Of a stretch of 28,507 nucleotides of DNA, positions 24,486-28,507 are shown one piece after another. The position numbers were made by a program, and so were the translations under genes. Position 1 is the stretch's first letter, and every line of letters begins with the position of its first letter. A model generated the notes under the pieces. It worked only from the letters and a program-made list of their open reading frames with translations. It searched no databases and was not told where the DNA came from. The stretch covers positions 1 to 28,507 of IMG/VR virus record IMGVR_UViG_3300042549_004653; one strand, written 5' to 3'. Source of the DNA: a virus (Duplodnaviria; Caudoviricetes).

Positions 24486-24768
24486 GGATGAAAAAAGACA
24501 CTATGAAAAGTTATCTCAAATTGGTTGCATTGTATGTCGCAATCTTGGGTTTGGTTATTCAGCTCCACATATTCACCACATACGGCATGGGGCTGGATTG
24601 GCTATGCGTAGCCATTGGAGTATGGCTATCCCTTTATGCCCTTTGCATCATCAAAATGGTGGGTTTGGTGTGGCGCTCCATGCAGGTCAAAAAACTTTTG
24701 AAGCAAAATATGGATCAGAATCAGAACTTTTACGACAAACTTTAGCAGTTTTAGAAGGTCAAATATGA
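24478..24768 (+). CDS. Ref-like (RecA-dependent) HNH nuclease
   Basis: GCIVC, HIHH-x-R-x-G-x-G, IPLCP-x-HH, HAG-x-x-x-F-E-x-x-Y-G-x-E-x-x-LL. Confidence 0.8.
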   Translation: MNKDEKRHYEKLSQIGCIVCRNLGFGYSAPHIHHIRHGAGLAMRSHWSMAIPLCPLHHQNGGFGVALHAGQKTFEAKYGSESELLRQTLAVLEGQI

Positions 24769-24780
24769 TAAAATTAGATT

Positions 24781-25218
24781 ATGCCTTATACGCCTGTTAG
24801 TGATAAATGTCGCGAATTAGGTTGCAATAATCTTAAAACAAGTCGCTCTGCCTTTTGTAGTATTCATGGTGGCGAAAAAACTCAAAAAGATAAAGATAAC
24901 AGTAAGCTTTATTCTACGGCTTATTGGAAAAAACAAAGAATAGCTCAATTAAGTAAAGCGCCTTTATGCCAGGCTTGTCTTTTAGAAGGCAGAGTTATTG
25001 AAGCGGTTGCGATTGATCATATATTTCCGCATAGGCAAGATGCAAATAAGTTTAAAAATAATTTGTTTCAAAGTTTATGCGTGCCACATCATACATTAAA
25101 GACACAAGAAGAAAATGACGGCAAATATTTATATTACTCACCTAACGGACTGATTACTTATACAGACGCAGACTATGGCCAAGCTCTTAACGAAACAAAA
25201 TCTGCGCAAAATATATAA
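24781..25218 (+). CDS. HNH endonuclease (HK97 gp74-like)
   Basis: N-terminal C-x3-GC..C-x2-H, Y-x-x-x-x-W-x-x-x-R, PLC-x-x-C, DHI-x-PH, QSLC-x-x-HH-x-x-KT. Confidence 0.88.
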   Translation: MPYTPVSDKCRELGCNNLKTSRSAFCSIHGGEKTQKDKDNSKLYSTAYWKKQRIAQLSKAPLCQACLLEGRVIEAVAIDHIFPHRQDANKFKNNLFQSLCVPHHTLKTQEENDGKYLYYSPNGLITYTDADYGQALNETKSAQNI

Positions 25219-25516
25219 AATGCTTGCATTGCTTCCGCCATTTAATGAGTGGCGATTGCCTGCGGCTCACCGCGTTACATTCGAAGTGGTATCTAATACC
25301 GAAGCTTATGGTTGGTTTATAAACGATCCGCCAAGAATACAAATAGACCGATCATGCGATGATTGGAATAAAATAACGCATACTATGATGCATGAAATGA
25401 TTCATTGCTTTTTATGGTATTCAGGCCATAAGGATTTTGATGCGCATGAAGCAAAGTTTAAAAAATATGCGAAAATAGTTTGTAATATACATAATTTAAA
25501 TGAGGATGATTTTTAA
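25175..25516 (+). CDS. SprT-like zinc metalloprotease
   Basis: T-M-M-HEMIH (HExxH), downstream H-x-x-x-F. Confidence 0.8.
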   Translation: MAKLLTKQNLRKIYKMLALLPPFNEWRLPAAHRVTFEVVSNTEAYGWFINDPPRIQIDRSCDDWNKITHTMMHEMIHCFLWYSGHKDFDAHEAKFKKYAKIVCNIHNLNEDDF

Positions 25517-26008
25517 ATGAGTAGCATTAATAAAGTTATAGTATTTGTATTAGCCCTTATCATTGGCGGCCTATTGGCTATTATTTCTGATCAAGTATTA
25601 GCGGCTGACACCAATATCACTACAAATATGAAAGGTATGCCTGTTCCTTCAGCTATTGCTCCTTCTATTTCTACTATGAATCCTAAAATATGTAAAACAG
25701 GTGTAAGCGGCGGGGCTAATACAGGTGTTGTTTCTATTAGCGGTGGATTTACAGTTGAAGATGAAAATTGTGCAAGAGTAGTTAAAGCTGAAACTTTATC
25801 TAATTTAGGATTAAAAGTTAGTGCGGTAAGCTTAATGTGTCAAGATGAAGCTATATGGGAAGCAATGGAAATGGCATCTAGTCCTTGCCCATTCGGTGGA
25901 GCTTTAGGCGATGTTGCTAGACGCGCTTGGTTTAAACGATACCCTGAAAGATTCTATAAGTTATATGGTTCGGACTTTAAGCTTCCTGTTATTGCTGATA
26001 AGCAGTAA
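25517..26008 (+). CDS. Exported Cys-containing protein of unknown function
   Basis: N-terminal hydrophobic signal ending VLA-A; PSAIAPS, C-x-x-GVSG, DENC, LGLKV-x-AV-x-LMCQD, AM-x-x-A-x-x-PCP. Confidence 0.75.
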   Translation: MSSINKVIVFVLALIIGGLLAIISDQVLAADTNITTNMKGMPVPSAIAPSISTMNPKICKTGVSGGANTGVVSISGGFTVEDENCARVVKAETLSNLGLKVSAVSLMCQDEAIWEAMEMASSPCPFGGALGDVARRAWFKRYPERFYKLYGSDFKLPVIADKQ

Positions 26009-26927
26009 TGCTTATGCTTGGTATTGCACTTATGTTCCTGACAACAACGGATACATAACAAATTTACAATGCTATGACATTGATGATGCAACTGCGCTTA
26101 CAGGATATTGGTGTCCTTATTATCCTAATGATCCAATATGCGCACCTTATATTCAGCCAGCTTGCACAGACGCTACAGAAACTAGAACCTTATCATGCCC
26201 TATAAATTATTCAGGTGCATTAAATCAGGTTAGGTATTATACTTGTAGCGCAAGTAGTTGGTCTGCTTGGCAAGATAGTTCAAATAATTGTGTTGCTGAT
26301 CCGCCAACTTGTGTATCAACGACAGAAACAAGGGCTTTATCATGCGCAAGTGGTTACGAAGGATTAATAACGGAATTAAGAATTTCCCAATGCTCCGATC
26401 CATATGGTTTGCCAACTTGGACTGCATGGTCGGAAACATCCAATACTTGCAAGATGACATTAGACAATCAGGACAATGTAACAAGCCCTGTGAGTGTAAT
26501 AAGCCCTATCAATCCGAGCGGAATACTCAACACAAGTGTTACGCCTACGATAACCGAATCTGTAATTGCACAGACAGATATTGTGCAGACATTTAGTAAT
26601 GCATTAAATAGCACTACAAGCGAAGTCAAAAGCGAATCTAAAAAAGAAGATACCAAATCAGAAGATAAGAAAGATGTAGAAATTGTTCCTGGATTAGGAA
26701 TAGTTTTAAGTTTGGCTTTATTACAAAGCCCAAACAATTTAACTCAACCGAATATGGTTGATTCTTATAATTTAACGCAGGAAAATGATTATGGACTTCA
26801 ACAAGGAATTTATATGGGGCTTATCACTCAAACAAGTATTTCTGATAGGTTCAACGCTTATAGCAGTCGTAGGAACGCCGATTTATTATGGAATTACGAC
26901 TTTCAACAAAATGCGTTCGGTCGTTGA
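25965..26927 (+). CDS. Exported Cys-rich protein with two W-x-x-W repeats
   Basis: Signal peptide MVRTLSFLLLLISSNAYA (start 25965 preferred); two repeats C..ETR-x-LSC..Y-x-G..R..C..W-x-AW..SN-x-C; Ser/Thr/Pro linker. Confidence 0.75.
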   Translation: MVRTLSFLLLLISSNAYAWYCTYVPDNNGYITNLQCYDIDDATALTGYWCPYYPNDPICAPYIQPACTDATETRTLSCPINYSGALNQVRYYTCSASSWSAWQDSSNNCVADPPTCVSTTETRALSCASGYEGLITELRISQCSDPYGLPTWTAWSETSNTCKMTLDNQDNVTSPVSVISPINPSGILNTSVTPTITESVIAQTDIVQTFSNALNSTTSEVKSESKKEDTKSEDKKDVEIVPGLGIVLSLALLQSPNNLTQPNMVDSYNLTQENDYGLQQGIYMGLITQTSISDRFNAYSSRRNADLLWNYDFQQNAFGR

Positions 26928-27204
26928 TTCATACGATGAAAGCAAAGTGCAAGCATTAGAAATTCAAATGAAAGCTCAACAAGAGCGTTTATTAGCTATT
27001 CAAGATTCAAGCATTAGAATTAACGAGAAAGCATCAGACGCTATTGCATTGGCTCGTGAAACTTCAGCTATTGCTCGTGGATCACAAAGAGAAGTAGAAG
27101 CATCTTTATCAAGCGTTCGTTCTGAAGTTAAAGCTCAAATAGATGGCTTAAACACTCAAATGAAAGCTATACAAAAATCAATGACTAACCCAATAGGAAA
27201 TTAA
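26785..27204 (+). CDS. Membrane-anchored coiled-coil protein
   Basis: One N-terminal hydrophobic segment, then long Ala/Gln/Glu/Ser heptad helix ending NPIGN. Confidence 0.7.
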   Translation: MIMDFNKEFIWGLSLKQVFLIGSTLIAVVGTPIYYGITTFNKMRSVVDSYDESKVQALEIQMKAQQERLLAIQDSSIRINEKASDAIALARETSAIARGSQREVEASLSSVRSEVKAQIDGLNTQMKAIQKSMTNPIGN

Positions 27205-27205
27205 A

Positions 27206-27688
27206 ATGCTTACCCTTATATCATCTTTACTATCATTCTTTAGTGGCGGATTGCCAAACATTCTTAACTTTTTTCAGGATCGCTCTGATAAGAAGCATGA
27301 GATTGAGATGTCAAAGCTTCAAACAGAAAAAGAATTGCAAATGGCAGAACGAGGTTATATTGCTCAAGCTAAAGTAGAAGAAATACATTTAGAACAATCT
27401 CAAATAGAAGCACAAGCGCAAGAGCGCAATGCTTTATATCAACATGATATTGAAATATCTAAAGGCGCATCAAGATGGGTAGTAAATATTAGAGCTTTAG
27501 TAAGGCCTGTAATTACTTATGGATTATTTAGTTTGTTAGTTTTTGTAGAAGTATTTGGTTTCTTTTATGCTATTCGCACAGGTGTTGATTTCCAAATAGC
27601 TATGAATTTATTGTGGGATGACGAAACACAAATTATATGGGCTTCAGTTGTTTCATTTTGGTTTGGCACACAAGCGTTTAAAAAATGA
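27206..27688 (+). CDS. Holin-like membrane protein (GTA-type 3TM holin-like)
   Basis: N-terminal hydrophobic helix, DKKHE coiled coil, W-x-x-x-x-R-x-x-VRP-x-ITY, TM segments, terminal VSFWFG; directly before lysozyme. Confidence 0.7.
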   Translation: MLTLISSLLSFFSGGLPNILNFFQDRSDKKHEIEMSKLQTEKELQMAERGYIAQAKVEEIHLEQSQIEAQAQERNALYQHDIEISKGASRWVVNIRALVRPVITYGLFSLLVFVEVFGFFYAIRTGVDFQIAMNLLWDDETQIIWASVVSFWFGTQAFKK

Positions 27689-28167
27689 AGATATGCGATA
27701 AAGGTTTAGCAATCATAAAAAAATATGAGGGCTTTTATAATAGGCCTTATTTATGCCCTGCTTTAATTTATACGATTGGTTACGGCCATGTCTTATATCC
27801 CGAACAGGCAAGATTGCCATTAGCACAACGAAAAGCATATGCACTAAAAGCAGAACATAACAGAGTATGGAGCAAAGAAGAAATAAATGATTTACTTATT
27901 AAAGACCTTGCACGATTTGAAAGAGGAGTTACTATGTTATTCCCTGTGTCTTATCGATTCACTCAAGGAATGTTTAGCGCCTTATGCTCCTTCGCTTTTA
28001 ATTGCGGGACAGGATTACTACAACGCTCTACTGTTCGCTCTGCTTTGTTACGCGGTGATAAAGATATGGCGGGCGCATCGCTATTGAAATATAATCGTGG
28101 TGGTGGTAAAGTGTTAAACGGATTAGTTAAGCGTAGGCAAGATGAATATAATTTACTAATGACATAG
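27685..28167 (+). CDS. Endolysin, GH24 phage lysozyme
   Basis: IKKYEG-x4-PY-x-CPA-x-x-x-TIGYGH, AL-x-SFAFN-x-G, ST-x-R, G-x-x-L-x-GL-x-x-RR-x-x-E. Confidence 0.93.
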   Translation: MKICDKGLAIIKKYEGFYNRPYLCPALIYTIGYGHVLYPEQARLPLAQRKAYALKAEHNRVWSKEEINDLLIKDLARFERGVTMLFPVSYRFTQGMFSALCSFAFNCGTGLLQRSTVRSALLRGDKDMAGASLLKYNRGGGKVLNGLVKRRQDEYNLLMT

Positions 28168-28176
28168 GATAAGACA

Positions 28177-28458
28177 ATGGATAAGACAGAGATATTAAGA
28201 ACTGCTAATGAGTATATAAGTAAAGACCGACAGGCTACTCATGGACAAGCAGAAAACAACTTTGCAAACATTGGTCGATTATGGTCGGCCTATCTTAATC
28301 ATCCAATCACACCTCAAGATGTTGCAATACTAATGACACTATTAAAGATAGCTAGATACAAAGGCAATCCATCTCATGTTGATAATGCAATAGATATGTG
28401 TGGTTACGCCGCACTAGCAGGCGAGTTAGGTCAAGGAGCTAATAATGAATCGAAGTAA
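28177..28458 (+). CDS. DUF6378-like phage protein
   Basis: DR-x-x-x-HG..NF-x-x-I-x-x-LWSAYL, DVA-x-x-M-x-LLK-x-AR, DN-x-x-D-x-x-GYAAL. Confidence 0.8.
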   Translation: MDKTEILRTANEYISKDRQATHGQAENNFANIGRLWSAYLNHPITPQDVAILMTLLKIARYKGNPSHVDNAIDMCGYAALAGELGQGANNESK

Positions 28459-28507
28459 TAACGCTAACTTATTGAATAACTTAAACATTTTAGAGGTGCT
28501 AAACGAG
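28445..28507 (+). CDS. 5' end of a gene truncated by the window edge
   Basis: ATG 28445 with SD AAGGAG, frame open to the end of the window. Confidence 0.4.
   Translation, partial: MNRSNNANLLNNLNILEVLNE

Noticed and set aside
20015-28087. Shadow ORFs at 20015, 21450, 23643, 24488, 26230, 26309, 26468 and 27887 (also 10751)
   Set aside because: They overlap genes with recognisable motifs and show no motifs or SD of their own; 27887 lacks a credible lipobox for an embedded Rz1.

Overview
AT-rich fragment of a tailed dsDNA (siphovirus-like) phage genome with lambdoid organisation. Rightward late arm (1-17.2 kb): tail tube, HK97 gp10-like protein, tail chaperones with a probable -1 frameshift, tape measure, tail tip and fibres. 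An unusual modification cluster follows (sulfotransferase, APS-kinase-like protein, SAM methyltransferase, GT2 and split GT9-like glycosyltransferases), surrounding a 687-aa Ser-Gly-X triplet-repeat protein. Leftward early arm (17.3-20.6 kb): ERF, YqaJ exonuclease and SSB-like genes, ending in a 23-codon pqqA (PQQ precursor peptide) that the ORF track missed; its sequence suggests a methylotrophic (Methylophilaceae-like) host. Rightward arm (20.7-28.5 kb): VRR-NUC, replication initiator with internal iteron origin, SleB-type hydrolase, NinB/Ref/HNH, SprT-like protease, a three-gene exported Cys-rich module, holin, lysozyme and DUF6378. No integrase, repressor, tRNA, CRISPR array or reverse transcriptase was seen. 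All family calls come from motif recognition by eye, not from database searches.
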